Below are positions 27,601-41,800 of a stretch of DNA of 64,000 nucleotides, piece after piece. Position 1 is the stretch's first letter; every line of letters begins with the position of its first letter. The notes under the pieces are model-generated. The model saw only the letters and a list, made by a program, of their open reading frames with translations, did not search any database and was not told where the DNA came from. This stretch comes from the human T2T-CHM13v2.0 reference genome, Homo sapiens. The stretch lies in the NCBI RefSeq assembly GCF_009914755.1, contig NC_060948.1; one strand, given 5' to 3'. Both the position numbers and the translations under genes were made by a program.

Positions 27601-30600
27601 TGGAATCGAAATGAATGGAGTGTTATGGAACGGACTCAAAAGGAATTGAATGTAATAGAATGGAGTGGAGTGGACTCGAATATAATGGACTGGAATGGAA
27701 TGAAATCACATGGAATGGGAACGAATGGAATGGAATGGAAAGGAATGGAATCGAATGGAAAGGAATCGAATGGAAGGGAATGAAATTGAATCAACAGGAA
27801 TGGAAGGGAATAGAATAGACGGTAATGGAATGGACTCGAATAGAATGGACACGAATGCTCAAATTGAATGGACTCGAATGGAATGGAAACGAAAGGAATG
27901 TCATCGAATGGAATTGAATGGATTGGAATGAAATCGCATAGAATGGAGTGGAAGCAAATGGAATTGAATCGAAAGGAAAGGAAGCGAATGGACTGAAATG
28001 AAATGGAATGGAATTGAATGGAAAGTAATGCAATGGAATAGAATGGAACGAAATTTCACGGAATGGAATCAAACTGAATGGAATCAAATCAATGGAATCA
28101 AATCCAATGGAATGGAAAGGAATTGAATGGAGTAGATTGGATTGGATGGGATTGGAATGAAATATACTGGAAAGGACTCGAATTTCATGAAACGGAATGG
28201 AATGAATTGGAACGGAATGGACTCGAATGGAATGGAATGTCATGGAATGGCATCAAATGGAATGGCATCAAATGGAATGGAATCGAATGCAATGGAATGC
28301 TATGGAATGGAATGGAATGCATTGGAATGGAATGTCCTCTAATGGAATGGATTCGAGTGGAATGGAATCGAATATAATGGAGTCGAATGAAATGGAATTG
28401 AAAGGAATGGGATCGAATACAATGGAATATACTGGAATGTAATGTAATGAACTCGAATGTAATTGACTGGAATGGAATGTGCATGAATGGAATGTAATCG
28501 AATGGAAAGTAATCCAATGGAATAGAATCTAATGCAATAAAATCGACTCAGATAGAGTAGAATGTAATGGAATGGAGTGCAGTGCAATGGAATGGAATGG
28601 AATGGAATGCAATGGAATGGAATGGAATGGAATGGAATGGAATGGAATGGAATGGAATGGGATGGAATGGGATGGAATGGTATGGAATGGATAGTAATGG
28701 ACTGGAGTGAAATGGACTGGAAAGGAATGGACTCAAATTGAAAGGGCTCGAAAGGAATGGAGTCAAATGGAATGGTCTGGAATGGAATGAACACGAATGT
28801 AATGCAATCCAATAGAATGGAATCGAATGGCATGGAATATAAAGAAATGGAATCGAAGAGAATGGAAACAAATGGAATGGAATTGAATGGAATGGAATTG
28901 AATGGAATGGGAACGAATGGAGTGAAATTGTATGCAGTAGAAGGGAATAGAATGGAATGCAAGCGAAAGGAAAGGAATGGATTGGAATGGAATGGAATTC
29001 ATTGGAATGGAAGGGAATGTAGTGTAATGGACAGGCCTGGAATAAAGTGGAATGCTACGGTCTCGAATGGAATAAAAATGTATGGAATGGAATGCAATGA
29101 AACAGAATCGAATGTCATAGAATGTAATGGAATGCAAAAAAATGGAATCCAAAATCATTGACTGGAAAGGCTGGGTGTCGAAAGGAATTGACTCCAATGG
29201 TATGGAATCGAATGGAATGGAAGTGAATAGAATCGAACTAAATCGAATGGAATGGAATTGATAGGAACGGAATGGAAAGGAATGCAATGAATTGGCATGG
29301 AATGGAATCGAATGGCATCGAATGGAATGGAATGGAATGCAATGGAATGGAATGTATTAGAATGTAATGAACTTTAATGGAATGTACTCGAATGGATTCG
29401 ACTGGAATGGAATGTTCTGGAAGTGAATGGACTCCAATGGAATGGATTCAAAAGGAATGGAATCGTACGGAATGGAATCTAATGGAATGGAATTAAATGG
29501 AAATGAATCAAATTGAATAGCACGGAATTGAATTGAATGGAATGGAATGCAATGGAATCTAATGAAACGGAAAGGAAAGGAATGGAATGGAATGGAATGG
29601 GATGGAATGGAAAGGAATCGAAACGAATGGAATGGAATCGAACTGAAGAGACTGGAATGGAATGCACTGGAATGGAAGGGAGTGTAATGGAAGGTTCTCG
29701 AAAAAAATGGAATGGAATGGAATGGAATTGAATGGAACGGAATAGAGTCGAATGGAATTGAATGGAATGGAATGGACTAGAGTGAAATGGAATCGAACCA
29801 CAAGGAATGGACAGGAATAGAATGGTCTCGAATTGAATGGAATCGTATGGAATGGCATCAAACGGAATGGAATGGACAGCCACGGAATGGAATGCACTCG
29901 AATGCAATGGAGTCGAAACTAATGGACTGGAATAGAATGGACTCGACTGGTACGGACTCCAATGGAATGGAATCGAATGGAAGGGAATCGAACGGAATGG
30001 ACTCGAAGGGAAAAGACTGCAATGGAAAGGTCTCGAATGGAATGGAAATTAATGGAATGGAATGGAATCGAATGAAATGGAGTCAAAAGGAATGGAATGG
30101 AATGGCAAGAAATCGAATGTAATGGAATCGCAAGGAATTGATGTGAACGGAACGGAATGGAATGGAATCCAAAGGAATGGAATAGAATGGAATGGAATCG
30201 AATAGAAAGGACTCGAATGGAAATCACTCGAATAGAATGCAATTTAATAAAATAGGATCAAATGTAATGGAATAGAATGGAAAGGAATCGAAACGAAAGG
30301 AATGGAGACAGATGGAATGGAATGGAACAGAGAGCAATGGTATAGAATGGAATGGAATCATCTGGAATGGAATTGAATGGAATGGAATAATATGAAATGG
30401 AATGGAATGGAATGGAATGTCCTTGAATTAAATGGACTGGAATGGAATGGACTCGAACAGAGTGGAATGGAAAGTGTTGAGATAGAATGCAATGGACTCC
30501 TTTGGAATGGTGTAGTATGCAATGCAATCGACTGGCAGGGAATCAAAAGGAATGTAATGGAATGGATTGGACTGGAATGCAATGGACTCGAATAGATTGG

Positions 30601-33600
30601 AAACGGAATGCAAAGGAATGGAATGGAATAGTATGGAATGGAATGGAAAGGAAAGGAGTGGAATAGACTAGAGTGGAATGGAATGGCCTGGAAAGCAATG
30701 GACTGGAATGGAACTTTCTTGAATGGACTGGAATCAAACGGAATGGAATGCAATGCAATCAAATGGCATGGAATAAAATAGAATGAAAGAGAATCAAATG
30801 GAATTGAATCGAATGGAATCGAATGGATTGGAAAGGAATAGAATGGAATGGAATGGAATTGACTCAAATGGAATGGACTAGAATGGAATGGATTCGAATG
30901 GAAGGCAAAGGAATGGAATCTATTGGAATGGACTGTAATGGAATGGAATGGAAGGGATTGGAATGGACTCGAATAGAATGGACTGCAATAGAAAGGATTC
31001 GAATGGAATGAAAAAGAATTGAATGGAATAGAACAGAATGGAATCAAATCGAATGAAATGGAATGGAATAGAAAGGAATGGAATGAAATGGAATGGAAAG
31101 GATTCGAATGGAATGCAATCGAATGGAATGGAATCGAACGGAATGGAATAAAATGGAAGAAAACTGGCAAGAAATGGAATCGAAATGAATGGAGTGTTAT
31201 GGAACGGACTCAAAAGGAATTGAATGTAATAGAATGGAGTGGAGTGGACTCGAATATAATGGACTGGAATGGAATGAAATCACATGGAATGGGAACGAAT
31301 GGAATGGAATGGAAAGGAATGGAATCGAATGGAAAGGAATCGAATGGAAGGGAATGAAATTGAATCAACAGGAATGGAAGGGAATAGAATAGACGGTAAT
31401 GGAATGGACTCGAATAGAATGGACACGAATGCTCAAATCGAATGGACTCGAATGGAATGGAAACGAAAGGAATGTCATCGAATGGAATTGAATGGATTGG
31501 AATGAAATCGCATAGAATGGAGTGGAATCAAATGGAATTGAATCGAAAGGAAAGGAAGCGAATGGACTGAAATGAAATGGAATGGAATTGAATGGAAATT
31601 AATGCAATGGAATAGAATGGAACGAAATTTCACGGAATGGAATCAAACTGAATGGAATCAAATCAATGGAATCAAATCAAATGGAATGGAAAGGAATTGA
31701 ATGGAGTAGATTGGATTGGATGGGATTGGAATGAAATGTACTGGAAAGGACTCGAATTTCATGAAACGGAATGGAATGAATTGGAACGGAATGGACTCGA
31801 ATGGAATGGAATGTCATGGAATGGCATCAAATGGAATGGCATCAAATGGAATGGCATCGAATGCAATGGAATGCTATGGAATGGAATGGAATGCATTGGA
31901 ATGGAATGTCCTCTAATGGAATGGATTCGAGTGGAATGGAATCGAATATAATGGAGTCGAATGAAATGGAATTGAAAGGAATGGGATCGAATACAATGGA
32001 ATATACTGGAATGTAATGTAATGAACTCGAATGTAATTGACTGGAATGGAATGTACATGAATGGAATGTAATCGAATGGAAAGTAATCCAATGGAATAGA
32101 ATCTAATGCAATAAAATCGACTCAGATAGAGTAGAATGTAATGGAATGGAGTGCAGTGCAATGGAATGGAATGGAATGGAATGCAATGGAATGGAATGGA
32201 ATGGAATGGAATGGAATGGAATGGAATGGAATGGGATGGAATGGGATGGAATGGTATGGAATGGATAGTAATGGACTGGAGTGAAATGGACTGGAAAGGA
32301 ATGGACTCAAATTGAAAGGGCTCGAAAGGAATGGAGTCAAATGGAATGGTCTGGAATGGAATGAACACGAATGTAATGCAATCCAATAGAATGGAATCGA
32401 ATGGCATGGAATATAAAGAAATGGAATCGAAGAGAATGGAAACAAATGGAATGGAATTGAATGGAATGGAATTGAATGGAATGGGAACGAATGGAGTGAA
32501 ATTGTATGCAGTAGAAGGGAATAGAATGGAATGCAAGCGAAAGGAAAGGAATGGATTGGAATGGAATGGAATTCATTGGAATGGAAGGGAATGTAGTGTA
32601 ATGGACAGGCCTGGAATAAAGTGGAATGCTACGGTCTCGAATGGAATAAAAATGTATGGAATGGAATGCAATGAAACGGAATCGAATGTCATAGAATGTA
32701 ATGGAATGCAAAAAAATGGAATCCAAAATCATTGACTGGAAAGGCTGGGTGTCGAAAGGAATTGACTCCAATGGAATGGAATCGAATGGAATGGAAGTGA
32801 ATAGAATCGAACTAAATCGAATGGAATGGAATTGATAGGAACGGAATGGAAAGGAATGCAATGATTTTGCATGGAATGGAATCGAATGGCATCGAATGGA
32901 ATGGAATGGAATGCAATGGAATGGAATGTATTAGAATGTAATGAACTTTAATGGAATGTACTCGAATGGATTCGACTGGAATGGAATGTTCTGGAAGTGA
33001 ATGGACTCCAATGGAATGGATTCAAAAGGAATGGAATCGTACGGAATGGAATCTAATGGAATGGAATTAAATGGAAATGAATCAAATTGAATAGCACGGA
33101 ATTGAATTGAATGGAATGGAATGCAATGGAATCTAATGAAACGGAAAGGAAAGGAATGGAATGGAATGGAATGGGCTGGAATGGAAAGGAATCGAAACGA
33201 ATGGAATGGAATCGAACTGAAGAGACTGGAATGGAATGCACTGGAATGGAAGGGAGTGTAATGGAAGGTTCTCGAAAAAAATGGAATCGAATGGAATGGA
33301 ATTGAATGGAACGGAATAGAGTCGAATGGAATTGAATGGAATGGAATGGACTAGAGTGAAATGGAATCGAACCACAAGGAATGGACAGGAATAGAATGGT
33401 CTCGAATTGAATGGAATCGTATGGAATGGCATCAAACGGAATGGAATGGACAGCCACGGAATGGAATGCACTCGAATGCAATGGAGTCGAAACTAATGGA
33501 CTGGAATAGAATGGACTCGACTGGTACGGACTCCAATGGAATGGAATCGAATGGAAGGGAATCGAACGGAATGGACTCGAAGGGAAAAGACTGCAATGGA

Positions 33601-35765
33601 AAGGTCTCGAATGGAATGGAAATTAATGGAATGGAATGGAATCGAATGAAATGGAGTCAAAAGGAATGGAATCGAATGGCAAGAAATCGAATGTAATGGA
33701 ATCGCAAGGAATTGATGTGAACGGAACGGAATGGAATGGAATCCAAAGGAATGGAATAGAATGGAATGGAATCGAATAGAAAGGACTCGAATGGAAATCA
33801 CTCGAATAGAATGCAATTTAATAAAATAGGATCAAATGTAATGGAATGGAATGGAAAGGAATCGAAACGAAAGGAATGGAGACAGATGGAATGGAATGGA
33901 ACAGAGAGCAATGGTATAGAATGGAATGGAATCATCTGGAATGGAATTGAATGGAATGGAATAATATGAAATGGAATGGAATGGAATGGAATGGAATGTC
34001 CTTGAATTAAATGGACTGGAATGGAATGGACTCGAACAGAGTGGAATGGAAAGTGTTGAGATAGAATGCAATGGACTCCTTTGGAATGGTGTAGTATGCA
34101 ATGCAATCGACTGGCAGGGAATCAAAAGGAATGTAATGGAATGGATTGGACTGGAATGCAATGGACTCGAATAGATTGGAAACGGAATGCAAAGGAATGG
34201 AATGGAATAGTATGGAATGGAATGGAAAGGAAAGGAGTGGAATAGACTAGAGTGGAATGGAATGGACTGGAAAGCAATGGACTGGAATGGAACTTTCTTG
34301 AATGGACTGGAATCAAACGGAATGGAATGCAATGCAATCAAATGGCATGGAATAAAATAGAATGAAAGAGAATCAAATGGAATTGAATCGAATGGAATCG
34401 AATGGATTGGAAAGGAATAGAATGGAATGGAATGGAATTGACTCAAATGGAATGGACTAGAATGGAATGGATTCGAATGGAAGGCAAAGGAATGGAATCT
34501 ATTGGAATGGACTGTAATGGAATGGAATGGAAGGGATTGGAATGGACTCGAATAGAATGGACTGCAATAGAAAGGATTCGAATGGAATGAAAAAGAATTG
34601 AATGGAATAGAACAGAATGGAATCAAATCGAATGAAATGGAATGGAATAGAAAGGAATGGAATGAAATGGAATGGAAAGGATTCGAATGGAATGCAATCG
34701 AATGGAATGGAATCGAACGGAATGGAATAAAATGGAAGAAAACTGGCAAGAAATGGAATCGAAATGAATGGAGTGTTATGGAACGGACTCAAAAGGAATT
34801 GAATGTAATAGAATGGAGTGGAGTGGACTCGAATATAATGGACTGGAATGGAATGAAATCACATGGAATGGGAACGAATGGAATGGAATGGAAAGGAATG
34901 GAATCGAATGGAAAGGAATCGAATGGAAGGGAATGAAATTGAATCAACAGGAATGGAAGGGAATAGAATAGACGGTAATGGAATGGACTCGAATAGAATG
35001 GACACGAATGCTCAAATCGAATGGACTCGAATGGAATGGAAACGAAAGGAATGTCATCGAATGGAATTGAATGGATTGGAATGAAATCGCATAGAATGGA
35101 GTGGAATCAAATGGAATTGAATCGAAAGGAAAGGAAGCGAATGGACTGAAATGAAATGGAATGGAATTGAATGGAAATTAATGCAATGGAATAGAATGGA
35201 ACGAAATTTCACGGAATGGAATCAAACTGAATGGAATCAAATCAATGGAATCAAATCAAATGGAATGGAAAGGAATTGAATGGAGTAGATTGGATTGGAT
35301 GGGATTGGAATGAAATGTACTGGAAAGGACTCGAATTTCATGAAACGGAATGGAATGAATTGGAACGGAATGGACTCGAATGGAATGGAATGTCATGGAA
35401 TGGCATCAAATGGAATGGCATCAAATGGAATGGCATCGAATGCAATGGAATGCTATGGAATGGAATGGAATGCATTGGAATGGAATGTCCTCTAATGGAA
35501 TGGATTCGAGTGGAATGGAATCGAATATAATGGAGTCGAATGAAATGGAATTGAAAGGAATGGGATCGAATACAATGGAATATACTGGAATGTAATGTAA
35601 TGAACTCGAATGTAATTGACTGGAATGGAATGTACATGAATGGAATGTAATCGAATGGAAAGTAATCCAATGGAATAGAATCTAATGCAATAAAATCGAC
35701 TCAGATAGAGTAGAATGTAATGGAATGGAGTGCAGTGCAATGGAATGGAATGGAATGGAATGCAA

Positions 35766-35815
35766 TGGAATGGAATGGAATGGAATGGAATGGAATGGAA
35801 TGGAATGGAATGGAA
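35766..35815 (+). repeat. Pure (TGGAA)10 microsatellite tract, example of variable locus A
   Basis: Lies between ...GTGCAGTGCAA(TGGAA)4TGCAA and TGGGATGG; copy number varies ~4-10 among units. Confidence 0.8.
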
Positions 35816-38800
35816 TGGGATGGAATGGGATGGAATGGTATGGAATGGATAGTAATGGACTGGAGTGAAATGGACTGGAAAGGAATGGACTCAAATTGAA
35901 AGGGCTCGAAAGGAATGGAGTCAAATGGAATGGTCTGGAATGGAATGAACACGAATGTAATGCAATCCAATAGAATGGAATCGAATGGCATGGAATATAA
36001 AGAAATGGAATCGAAGAGAATGGAAACAAATGGAATGGAATTGAATGGAATGGAATTGAATGGAATGGGAACGAATGGAGTGAAATTGTATGCAGTAGAA
36101 GGGAATAGAATGGAATGCAAGCGAAAGGAAAGGAATGGATTGGAATGGAATGGAATTCATTGGAATGGAAGGGAATGTAGTGTAATGGACAGGCCTGGAA
36201 TAAAGTGGAATGCTACGGTCTCGAATGGAATAAAAATGTATGGAATGGAATGCAATGAAACGGAATCGAATGTCATAGAATGTAATGGAATGCAAAAAAA
36301 TGGAATCCAAAATCATTGACTGGAAAGGCTGGGTGTCGAAAGGAATTGACTCCAATGGAATGGAATCGAATGGAATGGAAGTGAATAGAATCGAACTAAA
36401 TCGAATGGAATGGAATTGATAGGAACGGAATGGAAAGGAATGCAATGATTTTGCATGGAATGGAATCGAATGGCATCGAATGGAATGGAATGGAATGCAA
36501 TGGAATGGAATGTATTAGAATGTAATGAACTTTAATGGAATGTACTCGAATGGATTCGACTGGAATGGAATGTTCTGGAAGTGAATGGACTCCAATGGAA
36601 TGGATTCAAAAGGAATGGAATCGTACGGAATGGAATCTAATGGAATGGAATTAAATGGAAATGAATCAAATTGAATAGCACGGAATTGAATTGAATGGAA
36701 TGGAATGCAATGGAATCTAATGAAACGGAAAGGAAAGGAATGGAATGGAATGGAATGGGCTGGAATGGAAAGGAATCGAAACGAATGGAATGGAATCGAA
36801 CTGAAGAGACTGGAATGGAATGCACTGGAATGGAAGGGAGTGTAATGGAAGGTTCTCGAAAAAAATGGAATCGAATGGAATGGAATTGAATGGAACGGAA
36901 TAGAGTCGAATGGAATTGAATGGAATGGAATGGACTAGAGTGAAATGGAATCGAACCACAAGGAATGGACAGGAATAGAATGGTCTCGAATTGAATGGAA
37001 TCGTATGGAATGGCATCAAACGGAATGGAATGGACAGCCACGGAATGGAATGCACTCGAATGCAATGGAGTCGAAACTAATGGACTGGAATAGAATGGAC
37101 TCGACTGGTACGGACTCCAATGGAATGGAATCGAATGGAAGGGAATCGAACGGAATGGACTCGAAGGGAAAAGACTGCAATGGAAAGGTCTCGAATGGAA
37201 TGGAAATTAATGGAATGGAATGGAATCGAATGAAATGGAGTCAAAAGGAATGGAATCGAATGGCAAGAAATCGAATGTAATGGAATCGCAAGGAATTGAT
37301 GTGAACGGAACGGAATGGAATGGAATCCAAAGGAATGGAATAGAATGGAATGGAATCGAATAGAAAGGACTCGAATGGAAATCACTCGAATAGAATGCAA
37401 TTTAATAAAATAGGATCAAATGTAATGGAATGGAATGGAAAGGAATCGAAACGAAAGGAATGGAGACAGATGGAATGGAATGGAACAGAGAGCAATGGTA
37501 TAGAATGGAATGGAATCATCTGGAATGGAATTGAATGGAATGGAATAATATGAAATGGAATGGAATGGAATGGAATGGAATGTCCTTGAATTAAATGGAC
37601 TGGAATGGAATGGACTCGAACAGAGTGGAATGGAAAGTGTTGAGATAGAATGCAATGGACTCCTTTGGAATGGTGTAGTATGCAATGCAATCGACTGGCA
37701 GGGAATCAAAAGGAATGTAATGGAATGGATTGGACTGGAGTGCAATGGACTCGAATAGATTGGAAACGGAATGCAAAGGAATGGAATGGAATAGTATGGA
37801 ATGGAATGGAAAGGAATGGAGTGGAATAGACTAGAGTGGAATGGAATGGACTGGAAAGCAATGGACTGGAATGGAACTTTCTTGAATGGACTGGAATCAA
37901 ACGGAATGGAATGCAATGCAATCAAATGGCATGGAATAAAATAGAATGAAAGAGAATCAAATGGAATTGAATCGAATGGAATCGAATGGATTGGAAAGGA
38001 ATAGAATGGAATGGAATGGAATTGACTCAAATGGAATGGACTAGAATGGAATGGATTCGAATGGAAGGCAAAGGAATGGAATCTATTGGAATGGACTGTA
38101 ATGGAATGGAATGGAAGGGATTGGAATGGACTCGAATGGAATGGACTGCAATAGAAAGGATTCGAATGGAATGAAAAAGAATTGAATGGAATAGAACAGA
38201 ATGGAATCAAATCGAATGAAATGGAATGGAATAGAAAGGAATGGAATGAAATGGAATGGAAAGGATTCGAATGGAATGCAATCGAATGGAATGGAATCGA
38301 ACGGAATGGAATAAAATGGAAGAAAACTGGCAAGAAATGGAATCGAAATGAATGGAGTGTTATGGAACGGACTCAAAAGGAATTGAATGTAATAGAATGG
38401 AGTGGAGTGGACTCGAATATAATGGACTGGAATGGAATGAAATCACATGGAATGGGAACGAATGGAATGGAATGGAAAGGAATGGAATCGAATGGAAAGG
38501 AATCGAATGGAAGGGAATGAAATTGAATCAACAGGAATGGAAGGGAATAGAATAGACGGTAATGGAATGGACTCGAATAGAATGGACACGATTGCTCAAA
38601 TTGAATGGACTCCAATGGAATGGAAACGAAAGGAATGTCATCGAATAGAATTGAATCGACTGGAATGAAATCGCAAGAATGGAGTGGAATCAAATGGAAT
38701 TGAATCGAAAGGAAAGGAAGCGAATGGACTGAAATGAAATGGAATGGAATTGAATGGAAAGTAATGCAATGGAATAGAATGGAACGAAATTTCACGGAAT

Positions 38801-41800
38801 GGAATCAAACTGAAAGGAATCAAATCAATGGAATCAAATCAAATGGAATGGAAAGGAATTGAATGGAGTAGATTGGATTGGATGGGATTGGAATGAAATG
38901 TACTGGAAAGGACTCGAATTTCATGAAACGGAATGGAATGAATTGGAACGGAATGGACTCGAATGGAATGGAATGTCATGGAATGGCATCAAATGGAATG
39001 GCATCAAATGGAATGGAATCGAATGCAATGGAATGCTATGGAATGGAATGGAATGCATTGGAATGGAATGTCTTGTAATGGAATGGATTCGAGTGGAATG
39101 GAATCGAATATAATGGAGTCGAATGAAATGGAATTGAAAGGAATGGGATCGAATACAATGGAATATGCTGGAATGTAATGTAATGAACTCGAATGTAATT
39201 GACTGGAATGGAATGTACATGAATGGAATGTAATCGAATGGAAAGTAATCCAATGGAATAGAATCTAATGCAATAAAATCGACTCAGATAGAGTAGAATG
39301 TAATGGAATGGAGTGCAGTACAATGGAATGGAATGGAATGCAATGGAATGGAATGGAATGGAATGGAATGGAATGGAATGGGATGGAATGGGATGGAATG
39401 GTATGGAATGGATAGTAATGGACTGGAGTGAAATGGACTGGAAAGGAATGGACTCAAATTGAAAGGGCTCGAAAGGAATGGAGTCAAATGGAATGGTCTG
39501 GAATGGAATGAACACGAATGTAATGCAATCCAATAGAATGGAATCGAATGGCATGGAATATAAAGAAATGGAATTGAAGAGAATGGAAACAAATGGAATG
39601 GAATTGAATGGAATGGAATTGAATGGAATGGGAACGAATGGAGTGAAATTGTATGCAGTAGAAGGGAATGGAATGGAATGCAAGCGAAAGGAAAGGAATG
39701 GATTGGAATGGAATGGAATTCATTGGAATGGAAGGGAATGTAGTGTAATGGACAGGCCTGGAATAAAGTGGAATGCTACGGTCTCGAATGGAATAAAAAT
39801 GTATGGAATGGAATGCAATGAAACGGAATCGAATGTCATAGAATGTAATGGAATGCAAAAAAATGGAATCCAAAATCATTGACTGGAAAGGCTGGGTGTC
39901 GAAAGGAATTGACTCCAATGGAATGGAATCGAATGGAATGGAAGTGAATAGAATCGAACTAAATCGAATGGAATGGAATTGATAGGAACGGAATGGAAAG
40001 GAATGCAATGATTTGGCATGGAATGGAATCGAATGGCATCGAATGGAATGGAATGGAATGCAATGGAATGGAATGTATTAGAATGTAATGAACTTTTATG
40101 GAATGTACTCGAATGGATTCGACTGGAATGGAATGTTCTGGAAGTGAATGGACTCCAATGGAATGGATTCAAAAGGAATGGAATCGTACGGAATGGAATC
40201 TAATGGAATGGAATTAAATGGAAATGAATCAAATTGAATAGCACGGAATTGAATTGAATGGAATGGAATGCAATGGAATCTAATGAAACGGAAAGGAAAG
40301 GAATGGAATGGAATGGAATGGGCTGGAATGGAAAGGAATCGAAACGAATGGAATAGAATCGAACTGAAGAGACTGGAATCTAATGCACTGGAATGGAAGG
40401 GAGTGTAATGGAAGGTTCTCGAAAAAAATGGAATCGAATGGAATGGAATTGAATGGAACGGAATAGAGTCGAATGGAATTGAATGGAATGGAATGGACTA
40501 GAGTGAAATGGAATCGAACCACAAGGAATGGACAGGAATAGAATGGTCTCGAATTGAATGGAATCGTATGGAATGGCATCAAACGGAATGGAATGGACAG
40601 CCACGGAATGGAATGCACTCGAATGCAATGGAGTCGAAACTAATGGACTGGAATAGAATGGACTCGACTGGTACGGACTCCAATGGAATGGAATCGAATG
40701 GAAGGGAATCGAACGGAATGGAATCGAAGGGAAAAGACTGCAATGGAAAGGTCTCGAATGGAATGGAAATTAATGGAATGGAATGGAATCGAATGAAATG
40801 GAGTCAAAAGGAATGGAATCGAATGGCAAGAAATCGAATGTAATGGAATCGCAAGGAATTGATGTGAACGGAACGGAATGGAATGGAATCCAAAGGAATG
40901 GAATAGAATGGAATGGAATCGAATGGAAAGGACTCGAATGGAAATCACTCGAATAGAATGCAATTTAATAAAATAGGATCAAATGTAATGGAATGGAATG
41001 GAAAGGAATCGAAACGAAAGGAATGGAGACAGATGGAATGGAATGGAACAGAGAGCAATGGTATAGAATGGAATGGAATCATCTGGAATGGAATTGAATG
41101 GAATGGAATAATATGAAATGGAATGGAATGGAATGGAATGGAATGGAATGGAATGGAATGCCCTTGAATTAAATGGACTGGAATGGAATGGACTCGAACA
41201 GAGTGGAATGGAAAGTGTTGAGATAGAATGCAATGGACTCCTTCGGAATGGTCTAGTATGCAATGCAATCGACTGGCAGGGAATCAAAAGGAATGTAATC
41301 GAATGGATTGGACTGGAATGCAGTGGACTCGAATAGATTGGAAACGGAATGCAAAGGAATGGAATGGAATAGTATGGAATGGAATGGAAAGGAATGGAGT
41401 GGAATAGACTAGAGTGGAATGGAATGGACTGGAAAGCAATGGACTGGAATGGAACTTTCTTGAATGGACTGGAATCAAACGGAATGGAATGCAATGCAAT
41501 CAAATGGCATGGAATAAAATAGAATGAAAGAGAATCAAATGGAATTGAATCGAATGGAATCGAATGGATTGGAAAGGAATAGAATGGAATGGAATTGAAT
41601 TGACTCAAATGGAATGGACTAGAATGGAATGGATTCGAATGGAAGGCAAAGGAATGGAATCTATTGGAATGGACTGTAATGGAATGGAATGGAAGGGATT
41701 GGAATGGACTCGAATGGAATGGACTGCAATAGAAAGGATTCGAATGGAATGAAAAAGAATTGAATGGAATAGAACAGAATGGAATCAAATCGAATGAAAT

